A stretch of 62,449 nucleotides of DNA, filler included, from an uncultured Methanosarcinales archaeon (GTDB lineage Archaea > Nanobdellota > Nanobdellia > Woesearchaeales > DATDXC01): the NCBI GenBank assembly GCA_964510025.1. It is 4 parts of 3 records of this genome, joined end to end, with 100 filler letters (N's around TTAATTAATTAA, not from the genome) between each part and the next. Parts side by side here need not be neighbours in the genome. Positions count along the whole stretch, not along the records: positions 17,900 to 47,624 come from CAZDZV010000016.1; 3 more parts are not named here. One strand, given 5' to 3'. Below, piece by piece: positions 18,518-28,443 of this stretch. The notes beneath the pieces are model-generated. The model made no database searches and was not told where the DNA came from. It saw nothing but the letters and a program-made list of their open reading frames with translations. The position numbers and the translations under genes are program-made. Positions within the stretch are counted from its first letter, which is position 1. Each line of letters starts with the position of its first letter.

Positions 18518-19491
18518 TTTAGCGTGTAGGAAAGCTTGCCCAGGCCTAGCTTTTCTGCCTCCTGTATGTGTTTCAGAGGGGATATATTATGTATCTCCTT
18601 AAATATATCTTTTCCTGCTTTTTTGTTAATCAGATCCAATGAAGCTTTTTCCACTGCAACAATGTCGATGCCCAATACTATGCCTATATCCTCCACCACA
18701 ATGCCGCCAGGATCTGAACAGCAGTCGCAAAGTCTCGTAATGTCTTTTATGACATTTATGAAATATCTTTTTTTGGTTTTTTTAAGGACTGCAGCTGCTC
18801 CTTCAGCAAGCAGAATGTCAAATGATGCTTTTCTTGGCTTTAATGCACTTGCTGGGCATACCTCAATGCAGGCACCACAGCCCCAGCAGGCGGAATAGTC
18901 GAATTCAGCCCTGCTTTGCTTGAGTGAAACTGCATTAACGGGGCATATCTTAACGCAGGCAGCGCAGCCAGTACATTCGCCTGCAAGGACGGGATTTGCA
19001 AGACTGTGAATGTCCTTTTTTGTTTTCACCGCAACACCTCCCATGCCCAGATTTTTTATTGCGCCCCCGAATCCTGAGCACATATGGCCTTTGACGTGGC
19101 TCAAGACCAACAGCCCATCAGCCTCTACAAGCGGCCTGCAGACATGGGCATCTAGGTGGTTAGTTTTTACTGTCTTGAAATCATCTGATATCACAACAGG
19201 GCAGCCTATGTTTTGTTCGGTGAAACCATGCTCAGCAGCTGTTTTCCGGTATTTCTCAACAGTGTCTCTGCCGCCGGGATAGACCACAGGGCTGTCAAAA
19301 AGAAAAGGACTGGCTTGGATTTTTATTAGGATACTGACAATTTTTTTGACAAGATCAGGCTTCAAGAAGTATCTGTTCCCTTTTTCTCCCATATGCAGCT
19401 TTACAGCTATCCTGTCTCCAGGCTTGAACAAAACCATTTCTTTTTCCAGCAAGGATGTATCTATCTGTTTCCTATAAAATACTTCAGTCAT
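18514..19491 (-). CDS. DUF362 domain protein with 2x[4Fe-4S] ferredoxin domain
   Basis: VKLHMGE, SHVKGH..SGFGGAIKNLGMG, two CxxCxxCxxxCP motifs, CDC motif. Confidence 0.88.
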   Translation of the reverse strand: MTEVFYRKQIDTSLLEKEMVLFKPGDRIAVKLHMGEKGNRYFLKPDLVKKIVSILIKIQASPFLFDSPVVYPGGRDTVEKYRKTAAEHGFTEQNIGCPVVISDDFKTVKTNHLDAHVCRPLVEADGLLVLSHVKGHMCSGFGGAIKNLGMGGVAVKTKKDIHSLANPVLAGECTGCAACVKICPVNAVSLKQSRAEFDYSACWGCGACIEVCPASALKPRKASFDILLAEGAAAVLKKTKKRYFINVIKDITRLCDCCSDPGGIVVEDIGIVLGIDIVAVEKASLDLINKKAGKDIFKEIHNISPLKHIQEAEKLGLGKLSYTLK

Positions 19492-21254
19492 CTTCTGAAA
19501 TGCCACCAGAGATATTTTTGCATATAGGATTTCCATATCCTTGTCCTGAAGCTGCCCAGCTGAAATTGGGAAGGTATCTTATGAGAAAAGGGATCATAGA
19601 GCGCATACAGCGGAGCGTACGCGATTTTGCCAAAATCAAGGAGGACTTTGATTGCCTCTATAGCCACCAATATGCCATTCAGCAGGGCAGTTGTAGCAAA
19701 AATTCCCGGCTCAAACGTGCCGCTGTACTGCTCTTTTAGTATATGCGGGGTATAAAACTTCTGAACACCAGATATTGCAGCGAAGGTTGTCATCATCTTG
19801 AGGAACATCATGCCATAATCCTCTTTTGAGAAGCTATCCAGATCCCGGCCTACTGTCGGCAGATCGTAAAAATCTTCCATATCTATTGTGCGACGGTCAA
19901 ACACCTTGACATTTCCGATAGCTATGCTCCATGCCTCGACCAAAGGGATGTTGTTCTCTCTTGCGAACCTTGATGCTATCACAAGCTCCTTCACACCATC
20001 AAGACCCAATATAGCAATATCAGCATCCCCCAGGACCTTTTTGACATTTCCTGAGCAGATAGAACCATAAGCCTTAATGTTGAGCTCTGGGTTAATGTCT
20101 TTCAATATCTTTTTTGTCACCTTGATTTTTTGCTGATCTATCTTCGACCTGAAGCAGTGTATCTGCCTATTTAGGTTCGTAGGTTTGAATCTGCTGTTGT
20201 CAACAAGTACGATATTCCCTATTCCTGATCTGGCAAGTATCTCGCTGGAGATCCCGCCAATGCTGCCTAGTCCGAGGACGGCAACAGTCGATTTCCTGAG
20301 CTTTTCCTGTTGCTGGGGGCTTAGATAGCCGATGTTTCTTTGCACCAGCATCCGATACTGATCTGACCAACTGTCCGGCAAAGGTATGCTTGAGGCATGT
20401 TTCTTAGGACCTATGCTCAACATTGATTTCATTATCCTGGTCCTGAAGCCCGATACAGCTATCTGCTTAGGAATGCTATGCTTGATGGCATCATAGACTG
20501 CGTATTTTGGAGCATAGGCAATAGACCCTTTTTTTGTTATGATCTTCACTACCTCATGGGCCATCAGGCACGCGTTGAGCCAGACAAAAGGCGCAAAAGA
20601 AGGAAATGTGCTGCTGACAGCGAGCTTGCTATTGTATGAGCCCATACCCCAGATAGATAGCAGGGTAGCCACGTTTCCCTTATGCATGTCATCAAGCTCC
20701 TTATCGGTGAATTTGCCCAGGTCTTTTCCTTTGGTCGGCAGATCGTATATGCTTTCCAAAGAAGGTGTCTTCCTTGTCAGGACACGTACGACGCCGAAAG
20801 GAGCAGCCCAAGACTCAACAACAGGTATATCAAGTATCCTTGCTTTTCTAGCGACTTCTATGTATCCCCTTATTCCGTCCAGCGCAAGAACAACCACATC
20901 AGAGCACATAAGCAGCTCTATGATATTCCTGTTGATCTCAAAATATTCCTCAACCTTGAGTTCAGGATTGATGTCCAGCAGAAATTTTTTTGTGGCTGAT
21001 ACCTTATTTTTTCCTTGTGTAGACCTATAGGAGAAAATCTGCCTGTTTCGGTTTGTGGAATCAAACTTGTCATAATCCAGGATTTTGATGTGGCCTAGCC
21101 CTGATCTCACGAGCACCTCAGCGACAACACCTCCAAGCCCCCCCACGCCAAGAACAGCAACAGTAGCATCTTTGATCCGCTGCTGGTCTACCATATTTAG
21201 GTAGCCGAGATTTCTGGATACTAGTTTTCGATAATTGTGGGACCAATAGACCAT
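19488..21254 (-). CDS. Tandem double ThiF/MoeB (E1-like) adenylyltransferase
   Basis: Two homologous halves, each with RN(L/I)GYL..QQ, GxGxxG and D..F..TN.NRQ; no CxxC Zn motifs. Confidence 0.88.
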   Translation of the reverse strand: MVYWSHNYRKLVSRNLGYLNMVDQQRIKDATVAVLGVGGLGGVVAEVLVRSGLGHIKILDYDKFDSTNRNRQIFSYRSTQGKNKVSATKKFLLDINPELKVEEYFEINRNIIELLMCSDVVVLALDGIRGYIEVARKARILDIPVVESWAAPFGVVRVLTRKTPSLESIYDLPTKGKDLGKFTDKELDDMHKGNVATLLSIWGMGSYNSKLAVSSTFPSFAPFVWLNACLMAHEVVKIITKKGSIAYAPKYAVYDAIKHSIPKQIAVSGFRTRIMKSMLSIGPKKHASSIPLPDSWSDQYRMLVQRNIGYLSPQQQEKLRKSTVAVLGLGSIGGISSEILARSGIGNIVLVDNSRFKPTNLNRQIHCFRSKIDQQKIKVTKKILKDINPELNIKAYGSICSGNVKKVLGDADIAILGLDGVKELVIASRFARENNIPLVEAWSIAIGNVKVFDRRTIDMEDFYDLPTVGRDLDSFSKEDYGMMFLKMMTTFAAISGVQKFYTPHILKEQYSGTFEPGIFATTALLNGILVAIEAIKVLLDFGKIAYAPLYALYDPFSHKIPSQFQLGSFRTRIWKSYMQKYLWWHFRR

Positions 21255-21347
21255 TGATATAACCTAGTCTAGCTTGTTTAAATAACTTTTGATAAATTAG
21301 TTCCTATATAGTAAGTATTTAAAATAGGCATTCATTATTCCCTGAAA

Positions 21348-22001
21348 ATGAGAATAGTGAGCTATGATCCGAGAGCAGCCGGCTCGCCGATGTATAGGTT
21401 CTATCAGGCACTGGCAAAAGCCCACTACATAGAGCCTTATTTCAGATTTTTTCCAGGGTACAGCGAAGATGATGGCTGGTTCAGCGAATCTGACGCATCA
21501 ACCACCGACTATATGGTAACTAAGAGGGGCAGGATCGTCGGCATGGCTTCCATCTGGGATCCTGGAGCCCATAGTCTGGATGAGGTTGTAGCTGTTATGA
21601 GGCAGTATGGGGTCTACGAGGATGCTGCTGAGCACATAACACCTGACCAGCCGCATGTAGCCAGAGTCTTAAGGATGGCAGTAGACAAAGATTTTAGAGA
21701 ACAGGGCGTCCATGGGGTGCTGATGAAGCAAATACTGAAGCATTTTAGGCAGGCAGGAACAGAATATGCCTTCGGCATCGTGGCTAAACCCAGGCATGCC
21801 TTGTATGGGGACAATGTGCCTGAATTCTATTCCGGAGATAGAATAATGTCATGGAAAGAGTATCTGGAAAGACTTACCAGGCTGCATAACCGGCATTTTG
21901 GCTGGAGGACTATCCATAAGCAAAGGGAAATTGATGGCATTCCATGCACTGTAGTTGGCGGTAAGGTGGATAGGCAGAATCTTCCACATATGTGGGAATA
22001 G
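21348..22001 (+). CDS. GNAT-fold acyltransferase (FeeM/AHL-synthase-like)
   Basis: GRIVGMASI, RVLRMAVDKDFREQGV motif A, and a PRH motif; divergent from the ThiF gene. Confidence 0.7.
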   Translation: MRIVSYDPRAAGSPMYRFYQALAKAHYIEPYFRFFPGYSEDDGWFSESDASTTDYMVTKRGRIVGMASIWDPGAHSLDEVVAVMRQYGVYEDAAEHITPDQPHVARVLRMAVDKDFREQGVHGVLMKQILKHFRQAGTEYAFGIVAKPRHALYGDNVPEFYSGDRIMSWKEYLERLTRLHNRHFGWRTIHKQREIDGIPCTVVGGKVDRQNLPHMWE

Positions 22002-22102
22002 CATAAATTTTATAAATAAGGCTGCGTTTTTTTGGGCTATGGATACAGTCAGGAAAGCTGGATCATAGTTTTTTTCTAGATTATATTTTTTGGAGCGGCA
22101 CC

Positions 22103-23053
22103 ATGGATTATGTACGGGATTTTAAATGGAAAAGGGAACTTAAGGTAAGGGAACTAGCTGAGAGCTTGGGGGAGATAGGCTATCAGAGCGTAGAGCTAAG
22201 CAGAGCTATAGATGTCATTACAAGGATGAAGAAAAACAGCGCCAAGATATTTCTGGCCTTTACGTCAAACATGGTCACTTCCGGATTGAGGGGTTTTTTT
22301 GCACAGCTTGTCAAACTGGGCATTGTTGACGTGATTGTTACCACCGTGGGGGGCATAGAGGAAGATATCATGAAGGCGCAGGGAGAGATGTTCAGCGTAG
22401 GAAGATTTGAAAGCGATGATGTAGAGCTGCATGAGCAGGGCATAAACAGGATTGGAAACCTGCTTGTTAGGAATGAAAGCTACATGAAGTTTGAAAGCTG
22501 GCTGATGCCTATCCTGGATAAGCTTTATCAGGGCCAGAAAAGGTGGAGAGTATCTGAGATGTTTAGAGAGATAGGGCTGATGTTGCATGACGAAGATTCA
22601 ATACTGTACCAGGCATCAAGGAACAATGTTCCGATATTTTGTCCTGCTGTGACAGACGGCGCTTTTGGATTTCACCTTTATCTGTTTCAGCAGAAACATC
22701 AGGATTTTGTCATGGATGTTGTAGGGGATTTCGGGAATATTCTCTTGACAACAACACATGATGAAAAAAAAGGGATCATCGCCTTGGGAGGCGGTGTTTC
22801 CAAGCATCACGCAATACTATCAACATTGCTGAACGGCGGAGCCGACTATGCAGTGTACATGACTGCTAGCCACAAGACATCAGGAAGCGTATCCGGGGCA
22901 ACAACAAGCGAAGCCAAGTCCTGGGGAAAGATAAAGGATGACGGGGATATCGCAACTGTTATCGGCGATGTTACAGTGATGTTTCCGATCGCAATGTGCG
23001 GTGTGCTTGATATTCTGGATAAAGAGGGATTGCTGAAGGATGCCAAAGGCTAA
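22103..23053 (+). CDS. dys: Deoxyhypusine synthase family protein
   Basis: FTSNMVTSGLR, GGIEED, NRIGN, GGGVSKHH, EAKSWGKI (catalytic Lys). Confidence 0.93.
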   Translation: MDYVRDFKWKRELKVRELAESLGEIGYQSVELSRAIDVITRMKKNSAKIFLAFTSNMVTSGLRGFFAQLVKLGIVDVIVTTVGGIEEDIMKAQGEMFSVGRFESDDVELHEQGINRIGNLLVRNESYMKFESWLMPILDKLYQGQKRWRVSEMFREIGLMLHDEDSILYQASRNNVPIFCPAVTDGAFGFHLYLFQQKHQDFVMDVVGDFGNILLTTTHDEKKGIIALGGGVSKHHAILSTLLNGGADYAVYMTASHKTSGSVSGATTSEAKSWGKIKDDGDIATVIGDVTVMFPIAMCGVLDILDKEGLLKDAKG

Positions 23054-24068
23054 GTTTACAATATCAAGAAGCAAGGTTATGGAGCAGTATACAAAGGCAG
23101 CAGGGATTGCCGATGATGTCAGCTACAGCTCTAAGACCAACCAGGAGGTCGCCAAGATCCTAGAGCAGGATACCGACTGCTTCTTCAGCGTACACTTTGA
23201 AACCGAACTCAAGCACATAAAAGACATGTCTAGGGTCATTTTTCTGGCGCAAGGCTGGAGCCAGGCCCTTATCGGCAGACTGACTGGCAAAGGGGTTAAG
23301 AGTTTTATTGTCGATAATGAAGCTGATCTGGGCACCCTTGTTGATTTTTTGCGGCATAATGATGAAAGGATAAGCCTCTTTTTAAGGCTAAGGCTGAAGG
23401 AGATGACGCTGAGGACAGAAAGGTATTTTGTTTTTGGGATGGATTCAAAGAGGGTGAACAGGCGCATAAGGGAGCTTACAAACAACAACAGGATAGCAAA
23501 ACTGGGAATTCATTTCCACAGGAAAACCCAGAATATGGCAGAGTGGAACCTAAGGTATGAACTGTCTAATGCAATTGACAGTGATGTTTGGGATATGATC
23601 AATACAGTCAATATAGGGGGAGGGCTGCCTGTTGAATATGCAAACACAAATATGGATATCTTGCCCGGCATATTTAGAAAGATAGCGGAACTTAGGGATT
23701 TTCTGCATGACAGAAAAATCAGGCTCATGATAGAACCCGGCAGATTCATAGCAGGTCCTGCCGGAAAGCTGGTCACCTATATAAAGGGCATTGACGCAAG
23801 AAACATAACAGTAGATGCTTCAGTCTATAATTCAGACATGGACGCAATAGTGGTTCCTGTAAAGCTAAAGGTCGAAGCGGAATCAAGAAAAGGAACACCG
23901 TATGTCATCAAGGGATGCACGCCATGCTCAATGGACATTTTTAGATACAAGGTTTATCTGGCAAATCCTCAGGTGGGCGATAAGATTATATTCCTAAATG
24001 CGGGCGCCTATAATTTTGCCTCAGACTTCTGCGATCTACAGAAGCTCAGGACCGAGATAGTGGATTAA
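23040..24068 (+). CDS. PLP-dependent fold-III (Orn/Lys/Arg/DAP) decarboxylase
   Basis: YSSKTN (PLP Lys), HFH, NIGGG, IEPGR, GCTPCSMD, NAGAY. Confidence 0.85.
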   Translation: MPKAKFTISRSKVMEQYTKAAGIADDVSYSSKTNQEVAKILEQDTDCFFSVHFETELKHIKDMSRVIFLAQGWSQALIGRLTGKGVKSFIVDNEADLGTLVDFLRHNDERISLFLRLRLKEMTLRTERYFVFGMDSKRVNRRIRELTNNNRIAKLGIHFHRKTQNMAEWNLRYELSNAIDSDVWDMINTVNIGGGLPVEYANTNMDILPGIFRKIAELRDFLHDRKIRLMIEPGRFIAGPAGKLVTYIKGIDARNITVDASVYNSDMDAIVVPVKLKVEAESRKGTPYVIKGCTPCSMDIFRYKVYLANPQVGDKIIFLNAGAYNFASDFCDLQKLRTEIVD

Positions 24069-24100
24069 ATTTATAAAGTGCTTCTGCTTATCTGTCTGAT

Positions 24101-24823
24101 ATGGGAGCTGAAGAAATCAGACAGATGAAGGGCAAAAACAAGATAGCTGTGCTCACAGCCTATGATTACTGCACTGCGAGAGCACTTGAGAGTTCTGGGA
24201 TAGACATCATCCTTGTAGGGGATTCCCTGGGCAATGTTGTTCTAGGTTTTGACTCTACCAGAGAAGTCAGAATGGCTGATATGATCAGGCACACACAAGC
24301 AGTCAGAAACGGGGCAAAGGATTCGTTCATAGTCTCAGACATGCCTTTTGGTTCAGAGAAGGATGCTGTCGATAATGCTAAGATGCTGCTTGATGCAGGT
24401 GCAGATGCAGTGAAAATAGAAGGCAAACCGGACGTTGTCAAGCTGTTGGCTGAGAGGGGATTTGATGTGATGGGGCATATCGGTCATCTTCCACAGACCG
24501 CCCTAAGACCCATGCTGCATAAAGATGAAGAGAAACTTATACAGGAAGCAACGCAAATAGAAAAGGCAGGTGCCTTTGCTTTGGTGTTAGAGATGATAGA
24601 AACAAATGTTGCCAGAAAAATAACCGAGGCAGTCCATATACCGACCATAGGTATAGGCGCGGGAAGATATTGTGACGGCCAGGTACTGGTAATAAATGAT
24701 ATGCTCGGCCTATACGACAAATTTACGCCAAAATTTGTGAAGCAATACGCCAATCTGTCCCCTGAGATAAGAAAAGCTGTCAGGAAATATATTGACGAAG
24801 TGCAAAATGGTAAATTTCCCTAA
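24101..24823 (+). CDS. panB: 3-methyl-2-oxobutanoate hydroxymethyltransferase
   Basis: LTAYD, LVGDSLG, DMPF, AVKIEG, PTIGIGAG, DGQVLV. Confidence 0.95.
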   Translation: MGAEEIRQMKGKNKIAVLTAYDYCTARALESSGIDIILVGDSLGNVVLGFDSTREVRMADMIRHTQAVRNGAKDSFIVSDMPFGSEKDAVDNAKMLLDAGADAVKIEGKPDVVKLLAERGFDVMGHIGHLPQTALRPMLHKDEEKLIQEATQIEKAGAFALVLEMIETNVARKITEAVHIPTIGIGAGRYCDGQVLVINDMLGLYDKFTPKFVKQYANLSPEIRKAVRKYIDEVQNGKFP

Positions 24824-24865
24824 ATTCAATAAATTTTAAAAAGGGAGTCTTACTTCTTTGTTGCA

Positions 24866-25714
24866 ATGAAAGTGCTGGAAACTGCTGCAGATATGCAGGG
24901 AATTGCTGACAAGCTTCGTTGCAAGCGAAAAAAGATAGGGTTTGTCCCTACTATGGGATTTCTTCATGAGGGCCATCTGAGCCTCATAAGAAGGGCAAAA
25001 AAGGAATGTAATATCGTCGTTGTTAGTATTTTTGTGAATCCTGCCCAGTTCGGGGAAAATGAAGATCTGAAAAGCTACCCAAGGGACTTTAAAAGGGACA
25101 GGGAACTCTGCAAAAAAGAAGGGGTAGATTTCATCTTCTATCCAGATGAGAAGGAGATGTACCCTAAGATCCAGCTGGCATGGATAGATGTCGAGAAGAT
25201 TGCTGATGTTCTGTGCGGCAAGTCCAGACCCAGCCACTTCAGGGGCGTCAGCACAATAGTGGCCAAGCTCTTCAATATAGTCAAGCCGGATGCGGCATAT
25301 TTTGGCCAGAAAGATTATCAGCAGAGCCTTGTAGTAAGGAAGATGGTTCTTGACCTTAACTTCAATCTAGAAGTTGTTGTCTGTCCTACTGTAAGGGAAA
25401 AAGATGGTCTGGCCTTAAGCTCTAGGAACAGGTACCTGACAAGACCGCAAAGAGAGGAAGCTGTCATGATATACAAGTCCCTGGAAAGAGCGAAATGGAT
25501 AGTTGCCAGGGGCGAAAGAAGATCAGCAGCTGTCAAGCATGAGATGAAAAAAATGCTGGACCGGACATCGGGGAAGATTGATTACATCGAGATCAGAAAT
25601 GCAAACAACCTGGATCAGGCGGATGTGCTTAGGGGGAAGGTAGTAATCGCAGTGGCTGTATATTTCGGCAAGGCAAGGCTTATCGATAACATAATAATCG
25701 ATACAGGATATTAA
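24866..25714 (+). CDS. panC: Pantoate--beta-alanine ligase (bacterial type)
   Basis: VPTMGFLHEGH, SIFVNPAQF, FGQKDYQQ, DGLALSSRN, RLIDN. Confidence 0.96.
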   Translation: MKVLETAADMQGIADKLRCKRKKIGFVPTMGFLHEGHLSLIRRAKKECNIVVVSIFVNPAQFGENEDLKSYPRDFKRDRELCKKEGVDFIFYPDEKEMYPKIQLAWIDVEKIADVLCGKSRPSHFRGVSTIVAKLFNIVKPDAAYFGQKDYQQSLVVRKMVLDLNFNLEVVVCPTVREKDGLALSSRNRYLTRPQREEAVMIYKSLERAKWIVARGERRSAAVKHEMKKMLDRTSGKIDYIEIRNANNLDQADVLRGKVVIAVAVYFGKARLIDNIIIDTGY

Positions 25715-25757
25715 AATAATTACCTTTATATACAATTTCCGCTTATTCTTTCTGGAT

Positions 25758-26909
25758 ATGGGGATAATTATTGGTGTAACAGGAGGAATAGCATGCTATA
25801 AGGCTATTCAGCTGGCAAAAAGGCTAATAAATCATGATATTGAGTTTATACTGACCAGAAGTGCTGAAAAATTAATCAGCAAGAAAGAATTCAAGAAAAT
25901 AGCGAATACACATACAGAGCTTTTCCATAATGGGTGGAATTACAAGGACTACCTGAGCAGACAAAAAACGGAACATATCTCCCTAGCTGATAAGGCCGAC
26001 CTTTTTGTAATATTTCCAGCTACGGCCAACATCATAGGCAAGATAGCCAATGGCATAGCAGATGACCTGCTATCAACATCTATAATGGCCACAAACGCCC
26101 CTAAGCTGATATGTCCTGCGATGAACTGCAAGATGTGGAAAAATGAGATAGTACAGGAAAATGTCTCCAAGCTTAAGCGACTCGGCTATCATTTTATTGA
26201 GCCCGAATCCGGAAGACTGGCATGCGGCTATGATGGTATTGGGAGGCTTGCAGATACCAGCGTGGCTGCTGAAGCCATCGAAAAGCTTCTGGAAAAGGAC
26301 CTAAAAGGCAAAAAGCTTATAGTGACTGCAGGACCGACTATAGAGGAGATAGATCCGGTGAGGGTACTAAGCAACAAGAGCAGCGGTAAGATGGGATATA
26401 GCATAGCTGAACAGGCGGCCTTAAGGGGGGCTGATGTGCGGCTGATAAGCGGGCCGACCAGCCTTCCTATCCCTGGCAATGTTGATTTCACGGCAGTTAA
26501 TAGCTCCAATGAAATGAGAAAAGAGATTCTCAGAACATATGACAGGGCTGATGCTGTTGTAATGGCTGCTGCTGTGGCAGATTTTAAACCTGTTAAGGAG
26601 AAGCGCAAGATAAAGAAGAGGGACACCCTAACTTTCAGACTAAGGAAAAACATAGACATATTGGGGGAACTAGGGGAAAAGAAGAAGAAGCAGGTTCTTG
26701 CTGGATTTGCTCTAGAAACGGAGAATCTAGTCAGGAACGCAAAAAATAAAATGAAGGCTAAGAACCTTGATTTAATAATCGCTAATAAGGCTGAGACACT
26801 ATCTGCAGATAGGTCTGATTTCGTGCTCATTAAAAAAGGGCAAATCCGGAAATTTCGCAATATCTCCAAAAGACAGATAGCTGACAAAATACTTGATGAG
26901 CTAAAATGA
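25758..26909 (+). CDS. coaBC: Bifunctional PPC decarboxylase/PPC synthetase
   Basis: TGGIACYK, PATAN, PAMN, LACG..G.GR, TAGPT.E.IDPVR..SN.SSGKMG, GFALET. Confidence 0.95.
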   Translation: MGIIIGVTGGIACYKAIQLAKRLINHDIEFILTRSAEKLISKKEFKKIANTHTELFHNGWNYKDYLSRQKTEHISLADKADLFVIFPATANIIGKIANGIADDLLSTSIMATNAPKLICPAMNCKMWKNEIVQENVSKLKRLGYHFIEPESGRLACGYDGIGRLADTSVAAEAIEKLLEKDLKGKKLIVTAGPTIEEIDPVRVLSNKSSGKMGYSIAEQAALRGADVRLISGPTSLPIPGNVDFTAVNSSNEMRKEILRTYDRADAVVMAAAVADFKPVKEKRKIKKRDTLTFRLRKNIDILGELGEKKKKQVLAGFALETENLVRNAKNKMKAKNLDLIIANKAETLSADRSDFVLIKKGQIRKFRNISKRQIADKILDELK

Positions 26910-27694
26910 TATTAGGGGTAGACCTGGGCAGCTCAAAAACCAATGCAGTACTTATGAAAGGAGAATCCCTAAAAAAATGCTTCACCTTCAACAGCAATAC
27001 AAGGCTGGATATAATACTTTTCAAACTGGCTTCGCACGAAATTGACTCTATAGCTGTTACAGGTGCGTATTCCAAAGGATATTCTTACAGCATAAACAAG
27101 CTGCCGGTACACCATGTAGATGAGATAAAGGCAATAGGCATGGGGGGACTATATACTTCAAGGAAAAAGAAGGCCTTGATTGTAAGCATAGGATCTGGAA
27201 CAGCCATGGTGTCTTGCGACAAGAATATAAGGCATATAGGCGGCACTGCGATGGGCAGCAGGACATTGAGCGGACTAGGGAAGCTCCTGTTGAAGGCAGA
27301 TGATATCAAGGAGATTGAGAAGCTTGCCAGTAAGGGGAATCTTGGAAACGTGGACCTGCTTTTGAGTGAAATCTACCCAAAGGGCATTGGACTGCTGCCG
27401 CCAAATGCTACTGCTTCCCATTTTGGAAAGCTTGTCAACCAATCTGACAGCGATATCGCTTTGGGATTGGTCAATATGCTGGCCCAGAGCATCGGCACCC
27501 TGGCTGTTTTCGGCGCAAAATCAGTCAAGCAAAAGGACATTGTAATAGTCGGAGGGCTGACCAAGGTGAAACTGTTCAAGAAAACACTTATGAAGAGGAT
27601 AAATTCTCTGACAGATGTGAATGTTATAATTCCAGACAAGGCTGAATATTCCACTGCAGTAGGCGCTGTTATCGGAAAGACGATTGGTATCTAA
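26906..27694 (+). CDS. coaW: Type II (fumble/CoaW-like) pantothenate kinase
   Basis: ASKHA GVDLGSS, VDEI, SIGSGT, GGTAMG, NVDLLL, TASHFGK; located in the pan/coa operon. Confidence 0.8.
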   Translation: MILGVDLGSSKTNAVLMKGESLKKCFTFNSNTRLDIILFKLASHEIDSIAVTGAYSKGYSYSINKLPVHHVDEIKAIGMGGLYTSRKKKALIVSIGSGTAMVSCDKNIRHIGGTAMGSRTLSGLGKLLLKADDIKEIEKLASKGNLGNVDLLLSEIYPKGIGLLPPNATASHFGKLVNQSDSDIALGLVNMLAQSIGTLAVFGAKSVKQKDIVIVGGLTKVKLFKKTLMKRINSLTDVNVIIPDKAEYSTAVGAVIGKTIGI

Positions 27695-27701
27695 TGTAAG
27701 C

Positions 27702-28361
27702 CTATCTGATATGTTTTAAAACTTCTCTTAGGTCCTTTTTATCAATGATCACATCAGCGACTTCTCTCAGTTCATCATCTTTCGCGTCAAAGGCGATGCT
27801 GAGCCCGGCCTCCTTAGCTATCATGACATCATTATGATGATCGCCGATAAAAGCACATTCTTCCAGGGGTATTTTCTCTCTTTCAGCTATCAGCTTCAAG
27901 GCGTCAGCCTTTTTCATCATGTCAAATTCAGTGGCTTCTACTTTTAGGATGTTGCCTTTATCATCAAAATGGATCCAGCTCAGGAAAACATCATCGAAAT
28001 AGTCTTTATAGTCAGGGATTACATATTCCAAGATTACACTCAATGAACCAGAGATGATCGCAAGCCTACAGCCATCTTTCTTCAGTTCCTTAATGGTCTC
28101 TAAAGCCCCTTCCATAAGCTTGACATTATTTTCCCTTAAGGCGTCGAAAAAATCCTGTTTTCTGGCATTTTTCTGCACCCACATGTTTATATCATGATTT
28201 GCCCACTGAAGATAGGATATCTTTCCGTCATAGAACTTTCTTTGCATCTCTTCCCTTTTTCTAAGGTCAGTCTTGAAATAATCATGGAAAAGCTGCCAGG
28301 AGAATACAATATTGTCTACCAGAGTGCCATCGACATCGAAGCATATCAGCTTGTATCTCAT
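27702..28361 (-). CDS. HAD-superfamily phosphatase (SerB-like)
   Basis: FDVDGTLV, ISGS, K, GDHHND motifs. Confidence 0.88.
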   Translation of the reverse strand: MRYKLICFDVDGTLVDNIVFSWQLFHDYFKTDLRKREEMQRKFYDGKISYLQWANHDINMWVQKNARKQDFFDALRENNVKLMEGALETIKELKKDGCRLAIISGSLSVILEYVIPDYKDYFDDVFLSWIHFDDKGNILKVEATEFDMMKKADALKLIAEREKIPLEECAFIGDHHNDVMIAKEAGLSIAFDAKDDELREVADVIIDKKDLREVLKHIR

Positions 28362-28443
28362 CTTTGAAAAAGGCTTTATTATTTAATGAGGTTTGTAGAA
28401 AGCTTTATAAATTCTATATAAAATCCAATCTTAGGGTGATATC

